The notes: a model not told the origin generated them from the sequence alone. DNA of 64,000 nt from Dehalococcoidia bacterium (GCA_965249675.1 OZ252250.1:2823687-2887686); one strand, 5' to 3'; counted from the stretch's first letter, positions 35,705 through 45,659 are shown. Numbers and translations: made by a program.

Positions 35705-36823
35705 TCAGCGGGGCCTCTTTGGGATCAGTACCGTGTAGTCGAGATCGAGCACGATATTGGGGTGGTAGCGCTCACGTCCGCGCTCGTCGGTCACCCGGAA
35801 CGGCTGATCCTCGGTCATCGGGTCGGCATTCTTCGCGGCGACCAGGCGCAGGCGCAAGGCCCCGGCATCGTCGCGCCCGAGTTCGACCCGTTCCAGGACA
35901 TCGGTCCACCCGAAGATCGTGTCGCCGGCGAAGGTCGGGTTGGAGTGGGTGCCGGCGTTGAAGGCGAGGATCCGAACGACGTTCTCGAGGCCGTTGAAGC
36001 TGAGCGCGCGAACGACCGAGATCACGTGACCACCGTAGACGACGCGTCGGCCGAACCGCGATCCCTGGAGCGCGTGGGCGTTGAAGTGGGCGCGGGCCGT
36101 GTTCTGGTAGAGGCGGGCCGCCATCTGGTGCTCGGCCTCTTCGATCGCGACCCCCTCGATGTGATGGATCCGCTCGCCGGGCTCGTAGTCCTCCCAAAAC
36201 CACCGCCCGCCGGTCGCGCTGCTGTCGAAACCGGCCAGCTCAAGCTCGGGCGGGACCCTGAGCCCGCTGATCCCGCCCGGACCCGCCGCGGCTCCCGCCG
36301 ACACCGATTCGGGCGTTTCGGGAGCGTCTGCCAGGCCCAGGTGGATCCCGGGTTCTCGCCTGTTCATCAAGACCCAGCGGACGAATGACATCACCGCCTC
36401 GCCGCGCTGGTTGGTCCCGAGCGTGCGCACCCAGGTGACTCCGGTGTCACCACCACTCGACTCCCGCTGCCCGATCACAGTCGTGTGGGACGTGATCGTG
36501 TCGCCGGGGTAGACGGGCACCCCGTAGCGCAGATCGGCATACCCCAGGTTGGCGACGGCGTTCAGCGAGATCTCCGGCACAGAGTTGCCGAAGACGATAT
36601 GGAACGTCAGGAGATCGTTGACCAGCTCTCGCCGGAAGCCCAGCTGCCGGGCGAACTCGGCGTCGCAAAAGAGGGGGTAGCGCGACGCTGTCAGCGCGAT
36701 ATAGAGGGACTGATCGCCCTCGGTGATCGTCCGAGGCGTCGGGTGCAGGATCTCAAGACCGGTCCGGAGGTCCTCGAAGTAGTTCCCCGAGTGGGACTTG
36801 GCGCTGCTCGTCGACTCGGTCAC
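35705..36823 (-). CDS. mch: Mesaconyl-CoA hydratase (double MaoC)
   Basis: GNYFED...TPRTITEGD, ISLNAVANLGY, EEAEHQMAARLYQNTARAHF, YGGHVIS, GALRLR, VLDLDY; GTG with GGAG. Confidence 0.88.
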   Translation of the reverse strand: MTESTSSAKSHSGNYFEDLRTGLEILHPTPRTITEGDQSLYIALTASRYPLFCDAEFARQLGFRRELVNDLLTFHIVFGNSVPEISLNAVANLGYADLRYGVPVYPGDTITSHTTVIGQRESSGGDTGVTWVRTLGTNQRGEAVMSFVRWVLMNRREPGIHLGLADAPETPESVSAGAAAGPGGISGLRVPPELELAGFDSSATGGRWFWEDYEPGERIHHIEGVAIEEAEHQMAARLYQNTARAHFNAHALQGSRFGRRVVYGGHVISVVRALSFNGLENVVRILAFNAGTHSNPTFAGDTIFGWTDVLERVELGRDDAGALRLRLVAAKNADPMTEDQPFRVTDERGRERYHPNIVLDLDYTVLIPKRPR

Positions 36824-37006
36824 GTTGGCGCTCCCTGGGCCCCGGCCTGCGGCTCGATTGTACCGGCCGCCCCCTCTAGCAACAGGTGCCCGGTTGCGCC
36901 CACGGGAGAGCGGGCCAGGCGCCCCCGCCACTCGCTCGCCCCGGCGGGCGGGCCGTTAGACTCGGGGGAGCCGGTCCCTGAGCGGGGACGGATGGAGGGA
37001 GCTGTC

Positions 37007-37231
37007 ATGGGCACGAAGGAACTCGAGGCGCTGGTCGAGGTGCTCCAGACGGAGATCGCCAAGGGCCGCAAGAATCACGTCACTGGGACCTGGCACATCC
37101 ACTTCGAGAAGCGGGACGAGCAGCCGGTCTTCTCCTTCAACAAGTGCGAGTCCGAGGTCTACTGCGAGGAGCGCCCGACGGTGATCGCGGTCGACGGCGA
37201 GGTGATCGACGAGGGCGGCCCGCTCTTCTGA
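37007..37231 (+). CDS. Small hypothetical protein (74 aa)
   Basis: GGAGG RBS, strong GC3 bias; MGTKELEALVEVL...KCESEVYCEERP...GGPLF*. Confidence 0.7.
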   Translation: MGTKELEALVEVLQTEIAKGRKNHVTGTWHIHFEKRDEQPVFSFNKCESEVYCEERPTVIAVDGEVIDEGGPLF

Positions 37232-37260
37232 GCCGGCTGGGCCTCTCGATACCGAGCCCC

Positions 37261-37653
37261 CTACTGGCCATCGAGACCACGCGGTGTCCCGACCGTGCGC
37301 GCCGCGCAGACGATGAATTCAAGCGCAGCGCCAGGGTCCGCCTGGATCTCATGCTCGATCGCGGCCGGGAAGAAGAGGAAGTCGCCAGGTCCGACACGCT
37401 GGCTCCACGGCCCGCACTGGACCTCCCCGGCACCGGAGAGGAAGTAGTAGACCTTCTCCGTGTCGGGGTGAACGTGGCGCTCGTTGGCACCGCCGGGCGG
37501 GATGCGGTTGCGCAGCACGAATTCGAACGTGCTCTCGAACGGCACCGACTCACGGGTGAAGATCCGGCGCACCTGCAGCGCACCCCGGGAGCTGCTCTCC
37601 TCGACCGACGCCTCGGCCCGGACGATCAATTGTGACGACTGCTGCTCCGACAT
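37261..37653 (-). CDS. Cupin domain protein
   Basis: HVHPDTEKVYYFLSGAG and PGDFLFFPAAIEH cupin motifs. Confidence 0.9.
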   Translation of the reverse strand: MSEQQSSQLIVRAEASVEESSSRGALQVRRIFTRESVPFESTFEFVLRNRIPPGGANERHVHPDTEKVYYFLSGAGEVQCGPWSQRVGPGDFLFFPAAIEHEIQADPGAALEFIVCAARTVGTPRGLDGQ

Positions 37654-37796
37654 TGAATCCCGTCCTGCTCTGCCCCACGGCGGGGCGCTCTGGGCGGGCC
37701 CTGACCGACCCGTCGAATGATAGGACCCAGGCCGCGGCCGTGACCGGATGCCGTGAGGCGCCCGATCGGAGCGGCCTGCCTACGCCATCTGCCAGA

Positions 37797-37910
37797 TCAG
37801 CTTGGAGAGGTAGCCACGCCCAGGCCCGAGCGGACCGGTGTGCCGATCACGACCCGCTCGTAGCCGTTTCGCTCGTAGAGCCTGAGGGTAACCCGGTTGG
37901 CGTTCATCAC
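37797..37910 (-). pseudogene. Possible GNAT C-terminal remnant
   Basis: VMNANRVTLRLYERNGYERV resembles GNAT motif B (N..A..LYE..G[YF]); directly after the intact GNAT gene. Confidence 0.3.
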
Positions 37911-37923
37911 CCGACTCAGGACA

Positions 37924-38502
37924 CTAGAGGCGGGTCAGCGTCTGCTCGAAGGCCGTGACGTCCTGACTCATCAGGACGAGATCGACGGTCGTCCCGTCGG
38001 CGTCCATCACGTGATCGTGAAGGAGTGCCTCCGAAGTGAAGCCGAGACGCTTGAAGGTGTGGAGCGCGCCCTGCTGATCGATCGTCATCTGAGCGATCAT
38101 CTTCCGTACGCCGAGGTCCTCTGCAATGCGGAACGCCTCAGCGGTGAGCGCCCGGCCGAGCCCCTGCCCGCGGGCGGCCTCGCCCACGACCACGCGCACC
38201 TCGGCGACGTGGCGGCTCCAGGCGACCTGGCTGCGCGAGACTGAGGAGTAGCCGCCCACCTGCCCGGACCGGTCGATCGCCAGGATCACGCCCTCGACTC
38301 CCTGCCGGAGATCCTCAATCCAGGCGTCCACCTGGTCGGACTGGGTGATGTCCCGGTGGAGGAAGACGAGATCGTGTGGCGGCAGGGCGCGGGCAAAGGC
38401 GAGCAGGAGCGCGCCATCGTCCTCGGTCATGAAACGCAGGGTGACGGGGTTGCCGCCGATCTCGACCGTCGCCAGCGTGGCGTGGGGGATGTGCTGCGTC
38501 AT
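37924..38502 (-). CDS. GNAT family N-acetyltransferase
   Basis: RGQGLG acetyl-CoA motif, FKRLGF. Confidence 0.9.
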   Translation of the reverse strand: MTQHIPHATLATVEIGGNPVTLRFMTEDDGALLLAFARALPPHDLVFLHRDITQSDQVDAWIEDLRQGVEGVILAIDRSGQVGGYSSVSRSQVAWSRHVAEVRVVVGEAARGQGLGRALTAEAFRIAEDLGVRKMIAQMTIDQQGALHTFKRLGFTSEALLHDHVMDADGTTVDLVLMSQDVTAFEQTLTRL

Positions 38503-38634
38503 CGGGCCACCTGTCGCTGTGGGCCACTATGTGCGGCGCCTCTGGCGATGTTGCGGTCGGCCCAATCGTAGGTCAAACCAGCGACCCTCGGCGCGGCGGG
38601 CGGGTGGGCGCGGTGACGACAGCGGGGGCCGTCC

Positions 38635-38931
38635 TCAGCGGACGACCGGGACCGCGTTGGGCTCAGCAAGCGCCTCTTCGATGTCGGCGATCACGCCTCG
38701 GCTGAGCCCGCTGCCGCCCTCGTGGAGGCAGCTCTCGCAGTCGGGCTCGGGGGGTGCGCCCGTGTCATGGAGACGGGTACGGGTTGGCCCACTGAGGCGG
38801 ATACCGCAGGCCGTGCCGGCGCCGTCGATGTCGAAGGTCCGCTCCTCGGGATCGACCGGGCGTGCATTGTGCAGGTCAACCCAGTGCCAGTCACCGGCGA
38901 AGTCTTCAAGGAGCTTGGCAACGATCCGCAT
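38635..38931 (-). CDS. Small hypothetical protein with possible H/C zinc site
   Basis: GGAGG RBS; WHW...TACG...CESC. Confidence 0.6.
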   Translation of the reverse strand: MRIVAKLLEDFAGDWHWVDLHNARPVDPEERTFDIDGAGTACGIRLSGPTRTRLHDTGAPPEPDCESCLHEGGSGLSRGVIADIEEALAEPNAVPVVR

Positions 38932-39135
38932 CTGGCCTCCCTGCCGCGCCGTGACCCGCCGGCACCTGTCCATCATCACCCACGCCCGGCCTCTTCGTCA
39001 TCCCGCGCGCCGGCCCGGCAGAGGGAAGGCTCCCGCGGGCGCAGAGGCCAGAGAGCCGGTATCGTACCGGGCAGGCCCGAACGCTCCCTCGCCGGGCCCA
39101 CCAGACGACTCACATGACTGCAGACGGAGGAATTC

Positions 39136-39906
39136 ATGCCTGTTGCCGACTTCTCACTCGCGGGCAAGGTCGCGATCGTCACCGGCGGTAGCCGCGGTAT
39201 CGGCCGCTCGATCGCGATCGGCCTGGCTGAGGCCGGCGCCAACGTGGCGATCGCGGCGCGCAAGCCCGAGTCACTGGAGGAGGCGATCGGCGCCGTCGAG
39301 GCGACGGGGCAGCGCGGCCTCGCCGTACCCACCAACGTGCGTGACCTCGACTCGTTGCAGGCGCTGGTCGACCAAACGAAGGCCGAGTTCGGGCGGGTCG
39401 ACATCCTCGTCAACAACGCCGCGACCAACCCGGTCTTCGGTCCCGTCGACAATGTCGACGAGCGGGCCTGGGACGTCGTGATGAACACCAACATGAAGTC
39501 GCCCTTCTTCCTCTCCCGCGCCGTGCGAGATGCGATCAGAGAGCACGGCGAGGGTGGATCGATCGTCAACGTCAGCTCGGTCGGCGGGATACGGGCGTCG
39601 GCCATGCTGCCGGTCTACTCGATCTCGAAGGCCGCGCTGATCATGATGACGCAGGTGTTTGCCGCCCAGTGGGGTGAGGACAACATCCGCGTCAACTGCA
39701 TCGCCCCGGGCCTGATCAAGACCGACTTCTCCCGCGCCCTGTGGCAGGACCGCCAGGGCGACGGCGATGCGATCCCCAACGACGTCGCGCTCGGGCGCAT
39801 CGGCATGCCCGACGAGATGGCAGGTGGAGTCGTCTACCTGGCCAGCCCTGCGGCCGCTTTCGTCACCGGTCAGACCCTGGTCCTCGATGGTGGTGGCGTC
39901 CTCTGA
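39136..39906 (+). CDS. Classical short-chain dehydrogenase/reductase (DHRS4-like)
   Basis: TGGSRGIG, NNAATNP, YSISK, IAPGLIKT. Confidence 0.93.
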   Translation: MPVADFSLAGKVAIVTGGSRGIGRSIAIGLAEAGANVAIAARKPESLEEAIGAVEATGQRGLAVPTNVRDLDSLQALVDQTKAEFGRVDILVNNAATNPVFGPVDNVDERAWDVVMNTNMKSPFFLSRAVRDAIREHGEGGSIVNVSSVGGIRASAMLPVYSISKAALIMMTQVFAAQWGEDNIRVNCIAPGLIKTDFSRALWQDRQGDGDAIPNDVALGRIGMPDEMAGGVVYLASPAAAFVTGQTLVLDGGGVL

Positions 39907-39997
39907 GCGCCGCTCAGCGGCCCTCGGCGGGCGACAGGGGGGCACGCCCCTGCTCTGCACGACGGCGCTGCTGGCCTCCGGCGCCGGCCCCGGGCGA

Positions 39998-40861
39998 TCA
40001 GCCCCCTCGCCCGAGCCAGGCGAGGCTCTCCTCGCGCAATCGCTCCTGGTTCTCGACATCGAGCGAGGCTGCTGACGACCGTCGCTGGCGGCGGCGCACG
40101 AAGTAGGCGCCGGTGACATCGGAGAGCTCGGGGGCTATCCCGAGGTGAGCGATGTCGCGGCCGGCGGCATCGGCCGTCACCAGCAGCGGCCCCACCACCC
40201 TGAGCACCCATCGCAGCCAGGGCACGCCGCGGCCGATCCCGGTCGCGACGAGACCGGGATGGACGGCGTTGACCGTCACACCACGAGGGGCCAGGCGCCT
40301 TGAGAGCTCGTAACTCCACATTACGTTGGCGAGCTTCGACCGTCCGTAGGCCCGCATTCTCGACCAGTTCCGGGCGCTGTCCAGGTCCAGCCAGTCCAGG
40401 GGCTCGCGGGCATGGGCGGAGGAGGCGACGTTGACGACTCGGGCGGGGCCCGAGGCGCCGAGCAGATCGGAGAGAAGCTCGGTCAGCAGGAACGGCCCGA
40501 GGTGATTCCCGGCAAAGGTGCGTTCGATTCCCCAGGCGGTGAGCTCGCGACGCGCCGGGATCGCGCCGACGTTGTTGACGAGGAGGTCGAGCCGACCGCT
40601 GCGGGCGCGGAAGTCGGCCGCGGCGGCCCGCACCTCCGCCGGCACCGCGAGGTCCGCCAGCAGCAACTCGACCGACCGGTCGGGGGCCCCGGCGCGGATG
40701 CGATCGAGCGCCGCCTCGCCTCGCCCCCGATCGCGGCAGAGCATCGCCACGTCGAAATCACTGGCGACGAGCTCCCGCGCGGCCGCCAGTCCGATGCCGC
40801 TGCTCGCGCCGGTGATCAGCGCGACCGGGCGCCGCGCGGGCGCCAGCCCCTTCTCTTCCAT
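39998..40861 (-). CDS. SDR oxidoreductase (retinol dehydrogenase-like)
   Basis: TGASSGIG, NHLGPFLLT, YGRSKLAN, HPGLVAT. Confidence 0.9.
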   Translation of the reverse strand: MEEKGLAPARRPVALITGASSGIGLAAARELVASDFDVAMLCRDRGRGEAALDRIRAGAPDRSVELLLADLAVPAEVRAAAADFRARSGRLDLLVNNVGAIPARRELTAWGIERTFAGNHLGPFLLTELLSDLLGASGPARVVNVASSAHAREPLDWLDLDSARNWSRMRAYGRSKLANVMWSYELSRRLAPRGVTVNAVHPGLVATGIGRGVPWLRWVLRVVGPLLVTADAAGRDIAHLGIAPELSDVTGAYFVRRRQRRSSAASLDVENQERLREESLAWLGRGG

Positions 40862-41013
40862 CACGACCTCCGATCGCACGCCGCGGCGCCCGGGTCCGCG
40901 CCAGTCCCGGCCCGCATCGGTCGATGGGCCTGTCCCCAACCGCCCCGGACTGACGCAAGGCCCCCGTTCCCCTATCCTGCGCCTAGGCAACAGTGAAGGG
41001 ATGGCGGTAAACA

Positions 41014-41877
41014 GTGCAGGCAGTCACCTACAAGAGACCGTCCACGGTCAACGAGGCGATCGACCTCCTGCGTGAAGGCGGAGAGAGCGCCCGTGTGTTG
41101 GCCGGTGGGACCGACATCATCGTGCAGGCCCGCGAGCGCACTCGCGACGTCAGCCAGTTCGTCGACATCAAGCAGATCCCCGAGCTGATGGGCATCAGCA
41201 TGGACGCCGACGGCCTGACGGTGGGTGCGGCGACACCGCTCTACCAGGTCTACGGCGATGCCGGGGTGCGCTCGGGATACCCGGCGCTGGTCGAAGCCTC
41301 CTCGGTGATCGGCGGAACGGCCATCCAGGGTCGGGCGACCCTCGGCGGGAACCTCGGCAACTCATCCCCGGCCGGTGACACGCTCACGGCGATGATGGCA
41401 CTCGGCGCCATGGCCCGGACGGCCGGGCCAAACGGCACACGCGAGGTGGCGGTCAGCGAGTTCTTCACCGGGCCCGGCCAAAACGTCCTCGAGCTCGGTG
41501 AGTTCGTGGTCAACCTTCACTTTCCGCCCCCGGCCGCCGGCGTCGGCGCCGCCTGGCAGCGCTTCATCCCGCGCAACGAGATGGACATCGCCGTCGTCAA
41601 CTGCGGCTCATCGCTCAGGTTTGAGGGTGACGTGGTCGCCGCGGCGACGGTCGCCCTCGGCGCCGTCGCCGCGACACCGATCCTGGCACCGGAGGCGGCG
41701 CAGGCGCTGGTCGGGCGGCCATTCACAGACGAGACGATCGCGGCCGCAGCCGCGGCGGCCAGTGACGCGGCTTCTCCGATCGACGACATGCGCGGCTCGA
41801 TCCGCCAGCGCAGGCACCTTTCGGGCGTGCTTGCCGAGCGAACCCTGCGGCTCGCAGCCGAACGCGCCCGTGCCTAA
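41014..41877 (+). CDS. Molybdenum hydroxylase FAD subunit (CoxM/XdhB-like)
   Basis: AGGTD, ATLGGN, PIDDMRGS. Confidence 0.92.
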   Translation: MQAVTYKRPSTVNEAIDLLREGGESARVLAGGTDIIVQARERTRDVSQFVDIKQIPELMGISMDADGLTVGAATPLYQVYGDAGVRSGYPALVEASSVIGGTAIQGRATLGGNLGNSSPAGDTLTAMMALGAMARTAGPNGTREVAVSEFFTGPGQNVLELGEFVVNLHFPPPAAGVGAAWQRFIPRNEMDIAVVNCGSSLRFEGDVVAAATVALGAVAATPILAPEAAQALVGRPFTDETIAAAAAAASDAASPIDDMRGSIRQRRHLSGVLAERTLRLAAERARA

Positions 41878-41910
41878 GAGCACCCGAGAACACGGAAGCG
41901 AGTAATCCCA

Positions 41911-42384
41911 ATGTCGAAGATCGTCCTCAACACGACCGTCAACGGCGAGCACCGCGAGGTCCTCGTCGATGAGCGGGACAGCCTGCTCGACGCCCTGCGC
42001 GAGCGCATCGGCCTGATGGGTTCGAAGGAGGGCTGCAACAACGGCAACTGCGGCGCCTGCTCGGTGATCCTCGACGGCCGACTCGTCAACTCCTGCCTCG
42101 TGATGGCGGCCGAGGTCGAGGGGGCCGAGGTCGCCACCGTCGAGGGACTCGCCAGCGCCGAGGAGCTGCACCCCCTGCAGCAGACCTTCCTCGAGAATGC
42201 CGCACTACAGTGCGGGATCTGCACACCGGGATTCCTCGTCGCCTCGAAGGCGTTACTCGACCAGAACGCCGACCCCTCGGAGGAGGAGATCCGCTGGTGG
42301 CTGGCCGGAAACCTCTGCCGCTGCACGGGCTACGACAAGATCATCCGCGCGGTGCAGGACGCCGCTGAACGCATCAACGCCTGA
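41911..42384 (+). CDS. Molybdenum hydroxylase 2Fe-2S subunit (CoxS-like)
   Basis: GCNNGNCGAC, QCGICTPG, CRCTGY. Confidence 0.95.
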   Translation: MSKIVLNTTVNGEHREVLVDERDSLLDALRERIGLMGSKEGCNNGNCGACSVILDGRLVNSCLVMAAEVEGAEVATVEGLASAEELHPLQQTFLENAALQCGICTPGFLVASKALLDQNADPSEEEIRWWLAGNLCRCTGYDKIIRAVQDAAERINA

Positions 42385-42455
42385 CCCGTCCGCCGCGCCA
42401 CACGGGCGTCCGGCGGGACCACAGCACGCATTTCGTCCAAGGGAAGGCCCGACCG

Positions 42456-44783
42456 ATGGTAACCAGCGACAAGCCGAGCACCTACCGTGTGATCGGTACC
42501 AGACCGATCCGTCCCGACGGCACCGACAAGGTCACCGGGCGTGCGGCCTACGCCGCCGACACCCAGATGGTCGACCTCCTGCACGCCACGGTGCTGCGCA
42601 GCCCCCACGCCCACGCGATGATCCGTTCGATCGACGCCTCGCGCGCCCTCGCGCTTCCGGGCGTACGTGCGGTCGTGACCGCAACCGACTTCCCGCAGGT
42701 GGCGGGCGGGATGATGGACCTCGGCGAATCCACGGCCGATGCCACGTGGGTGCACGACAACGTCCTGGCCTCCGACAAGGCCCTGTACCACGGCCACGCC
42801 GTGGCCGCCGTTGCCGCCACAGACGCGCACATCGCCGAGGACGCGCTCTCGCTGATCGACGTCGATTACGAGGTGCTGACCCCGGTCACCGACGTCCGCG
42901 AGGCGATGATCCCAGACGCACCGATCCTACACCCCCAGATGCGCACCTCAGTGCGCGCCGAGGGCGTCGACACCCCGACCGACCGCGAGACCAACATCGC
43001 CAGCCACATGCGGCTCGAGCGCGGCGACGTTGAGGCTGCCTTCAACGCCGCCGATGTGGTGATCGAGCGGGAGTTTGAGACGAGCTGGTACCACCAGGGC
43101 TACATCGAGTTGCACAGCGCGACCGCCTACTGGAGCCACGACGGGCGGCTCACCATCTGGAACAGCAGCCAGGGTCCCTTCATCCAGCGCGACGCGACGG
43201 CTCGCCTGCTCGACATCCCCGTCCAGCAGATCACGGTCGTCCCACAGGAGATCGGGGGCGGGTTCGGCGGCAAGATTCCGATCTACCTCGAGCCGGTCGC
43301 GGCGCTGCTCTCCCGCAAGGCGGGGCAGCCGGTGAGGCTGACGATGACCCGCGAGGCCGTCTTCCAGGCGACCGGTCCGACCTCGGCGACCTACAACCGG
43401 ATCAAGCTGGGCGCGATGCGGGATGGCCGTGTGATCGCCGCCGATGCGTACCTCGCCTATGCCGCCGGGGCCTACCCGGGATCGCCGGTCGGCGCCGGCG
43501 TGCAGTGCGCGTTCGGCCCCTACTACTTCGAGAACCAGCGGATCGACGGCTTCGATGTCGTGACGAACGGCCCGAAGAGCGCGGCCTACCGGGCGCCCGG
43601 GGCGCCGGCCTCGGAGTTCGCCGTGGAGGCGACCCTGAACGAGCTGGCCGAGCGGCTCAACATCGACCCGATCGAGCTCCGCATCCTCAACGCCACCGAG
43701 GAAGGCAAGCCCACGGCAGCCGGCGCACCCTTCCCGCGGATCGGCGCGAAGGAAGTGATGGATGCCGTCAAGAACCATCCGCACTACACCTCAGAGCTCC
43801 AGGGTGAGGATGTCGGCCGTGGCATGGCGCTCGGCTTCTGGTTCAACGCCGGGCTCGAGTCCGGTTCGACCGCAGCCATCAACTCAGATGGGTCGGTCAG
43901 CCTGACCGTCGGCTCGGTTGACATCGGTGGCACGCGCGCCTCGCTGGCGATGCAGCTGGCGGAGACACTCGGGCTCGAGTACGAGCAGATCAAGCCGCAC
44001 GTCGCCGACACCGACTCGGTGCCCTTCACCCACGTGACGGGCGGCAGCCGCACCACCTTCGCGGGCGGCTGGGTCGCCTACGAGCTCGGCCAGGCGCTGC
44101 GCTCAAGCGTTTGCCAGCGCGCTGCCCAGATCTGGGACGTCGACGGGGAGACCGTCAGCTACTCGGACCTGGGCGTGATCTCAGGGCCCGCGGACGACGA
44201 CGGAGCCGACCGATCGATGAGCCTCGGCGAGTTGGCCGCCAAGATGGCGAGCACCGGCGGTCAGATCACGGCCTCGGTCACGATCAACAAGAACACCCAG
44301 GGCCCGGCCTACGCCGGCCACATCGTCGACGTCAAGGTCGACCGCGCAACCGGCAAGGTGACGGTCCTCCGTTACACCGCGATCCAGGACGTCGGCACCG
44401 CCATCCACCCCTCCTACGTCGAGGGGCAGATCCAGGGCGGCGTTGCACAGGGCGTGGGAATGGCGCTCACCGAGGAGTACTTCTACGACGACGATGGCCG
44501 CCTGCGGAACGGCAGCTTCCTCGACTACCGGATGCCGACCACGCTCGACCTGCCGATGATCGAGACCGAGCTGGTCGAGGTGCCGAACCCGGGGCACCCC
44601 TTCGGGGTGCGTGGCGTCGGCGAGGTGCCGATCGTGCCGCCGATGCCGAGCCTCCAACAGGCCGTCGCCGATGCGATCGGCCTCAGGATGTACGAGATGC
44701 CGATGTCGCCACGTGTGATCCTGGAAGAGCTGCTGGACGCCGGTGAGGCGTCGGGTGAGGGGACCGGGCGCGGCGCGAGTTGA
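42456..44783 (+). CDS. Xanthine dehydrogenase-family molybdopterin subunit (not form I CO dehydrogenase)
   Basis: GGGFGGK, AYRAPG (not AYxCSFR), QIQGG, GVGE. Confidence 0.92.
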   Translation: MVTSDKPSTYRVIGTRPIRPDGTDKVTGRAAYAADTQMVDLLHATVLRSPHAHAMIRSIDASRALALPGVRAVVTATDFPQVAGGMMDLGESTADATWVHDNVLASDKALYHGHAVAAVAATDAHIAEDALSLIDVDYEVLTPVTDVREAMIPDAPILHPQMRTSVRAEGVDTPTDRETNIASHMRLERGDVEAAFNAADVVIEREFETSWYHQGYIELHSATAYWSHDGRLTIWNSSQGPFIQRDATARLLDIPVQQITVVPQEIGGGFGGKIPIYLEPVAALLSRKAGQPVRLTMTREAVFQATGPTSATYNRIKLGAMRDGRVIAADAYLAYAAGAYPGSPVGAGVQCAFGPYYFENQRIDGFDVVTNGPKSAAYRAPGAPASEFAVEATLNELAERLNIDPIELRILNATEEGKPTAAGAPFPRIGAKEVMDAVKNHPHYTSELQGEDVGRGMALGFWFNAGLESGSTAAINSDGSVSLTVGSVDIGGTRASLAMQLAETLGLEYEQIKPHVADTDSVPFTHVTGGSRTTFAGGWVAYELGQALRSSVCQRAAQIWDVDGETVSYSDLGVISGPADDDGADRSMSLGELAAKMASTGGQITASVTINKNTQGPAYAGHIVDVKVDRATGKVTVLRYTAIQDVGTAIHPSYVEGQIQGGVAQGVGMALTEEYFYDDDGRLRNGSFLDYRMPTTLDLPMIETELVEVPNPGHPFGVRGVGEVPIVPPMPSLQQAVADAIGLRMYEMPMSPRVILEELLDAGEASGEGTGRGAS

Positions 44784-44787
44784 CCTG

Positions 44788-44819
44788 GTTCCGCCTCCCT
44801 CCACTGGAGGGGGCGGAAC
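44788..44819 (+). terminator. Stem-loop after molybdopterin subunit gene
   Basis: GTTCCGCC-T-CCCTCC ACT GGAGGG-GGCGGAAC. Confidence 0.55.
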
Positions 44820-44873
44820 AGAGGCCGGGGGGAGGAGCGGTTCTGCCCACTGGCCGCAGATGCGCGCAGGTGG

Positions 44874-45143
44874 ATGACGATGGCGACCATCCATATCCCT
44901 AATCACATGAGGCACGCGACCGATGGCGCGCCCACCGTGGAACTCCCCGGTGGGCGGCTCGGCCGTGTCATCGAGCAGCTGCTTCTGGCCTACCCCGGGC
45001 TCGCGGCCGAGGTGATGTACGAGGGCCGGGTGAGGCCCGACATCTCGATCGCGATTAACAGCTCGATGACAGAGAACGGGCCTCTCGAGCCGGTACCCGA
45101 TGACGCGGAGGTCCATCTCGTGCCAGCGCTCGGCGGTGGATGA
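44874..45143 (+). CDS. moaD: MoaD/ThiS sulfur-carrier protein
   Basis: Ubiquitin-like, ends VPALGGG*. Confidence 0.85.
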   Translation: MTMATIHIPNHMRHATDGAPTVELPGGRLGRVIEQLLLAYPGLAAEVMYEGRVRPDISIAINSSMTENGPLEPVPDDAEVHLVPALGGG

Positions 45144-45146
45144 GCC

Positions 45147-45659
45147 GTGGGGCTCTTCGACCGCTGGCGGGCGAGGAAGCGGCAGGCGAGCGCGCGGGAG
45201 GCCCTCGAGCGCGGAGACTTCCGGGGCGCTATCGGCGCGCTCAGCGAGCTCGTACAGCTGAGGCCCAGGTGGCCAGAGGGGCAGTACCAGTACGGCGCCG
45301 TGCTGCTGGCCTCGGCAGACAGCAACCTGGGCCGGGCAACGGACGCGGAGCTGCGTGCCCGCCAGTCGTCCGAACTCGCCACAGAGGCGCTGCGGGCACT
45401 CAACCGCGCCCTCCAGTACCAGGAGCACTATCCAGAGGCCCACAACGACCGCGGACGTGCACTCATCAAGCTCGACCGCCTGACCGAGGCCGAGGCGGCC
45501 TTCCAGAGTGCCCTTGACCAGATGCCCGGCTATGAGAGTGCTACCTACAACCAGCGCTGGGTGCGGGGACAGATGCGCAGGCTGAGGACACTCGAGATCG
45601 AGGGTGCCGATCACGAGATCATGCGGGAGCTGCGGGAGTTCACCCTGCACCCGGGGTAG
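45147..45659 (+). CDS. Tetratricopeptide repeat protein
   Basis: PEGQYQYG, PEAHNDRGRAL, AEAAFQSAL, ATYN TPR patterns. Confidence 0.8.
   Translation: MGLFDRWRARKRQASAREALERGDFRGAIGALSELVQLRPRWPEGQYQYGAVLLASADSNLGRATDAELRARQSSELATEALRALNRALQYQEHYPEAHNDRGRALIKLDRLTEAEAAFQSALDQMPGYESATYNQRWVRGQMRRLRTLEIEGADHEIMRELREFTLHPG

Noticed and set aside
42456-44783. Aerobic CO dehydrogenase (coxL)
   Set aside because: Active-site loop is AYRAPG with no Cu-binding Cys; no coxDEFG
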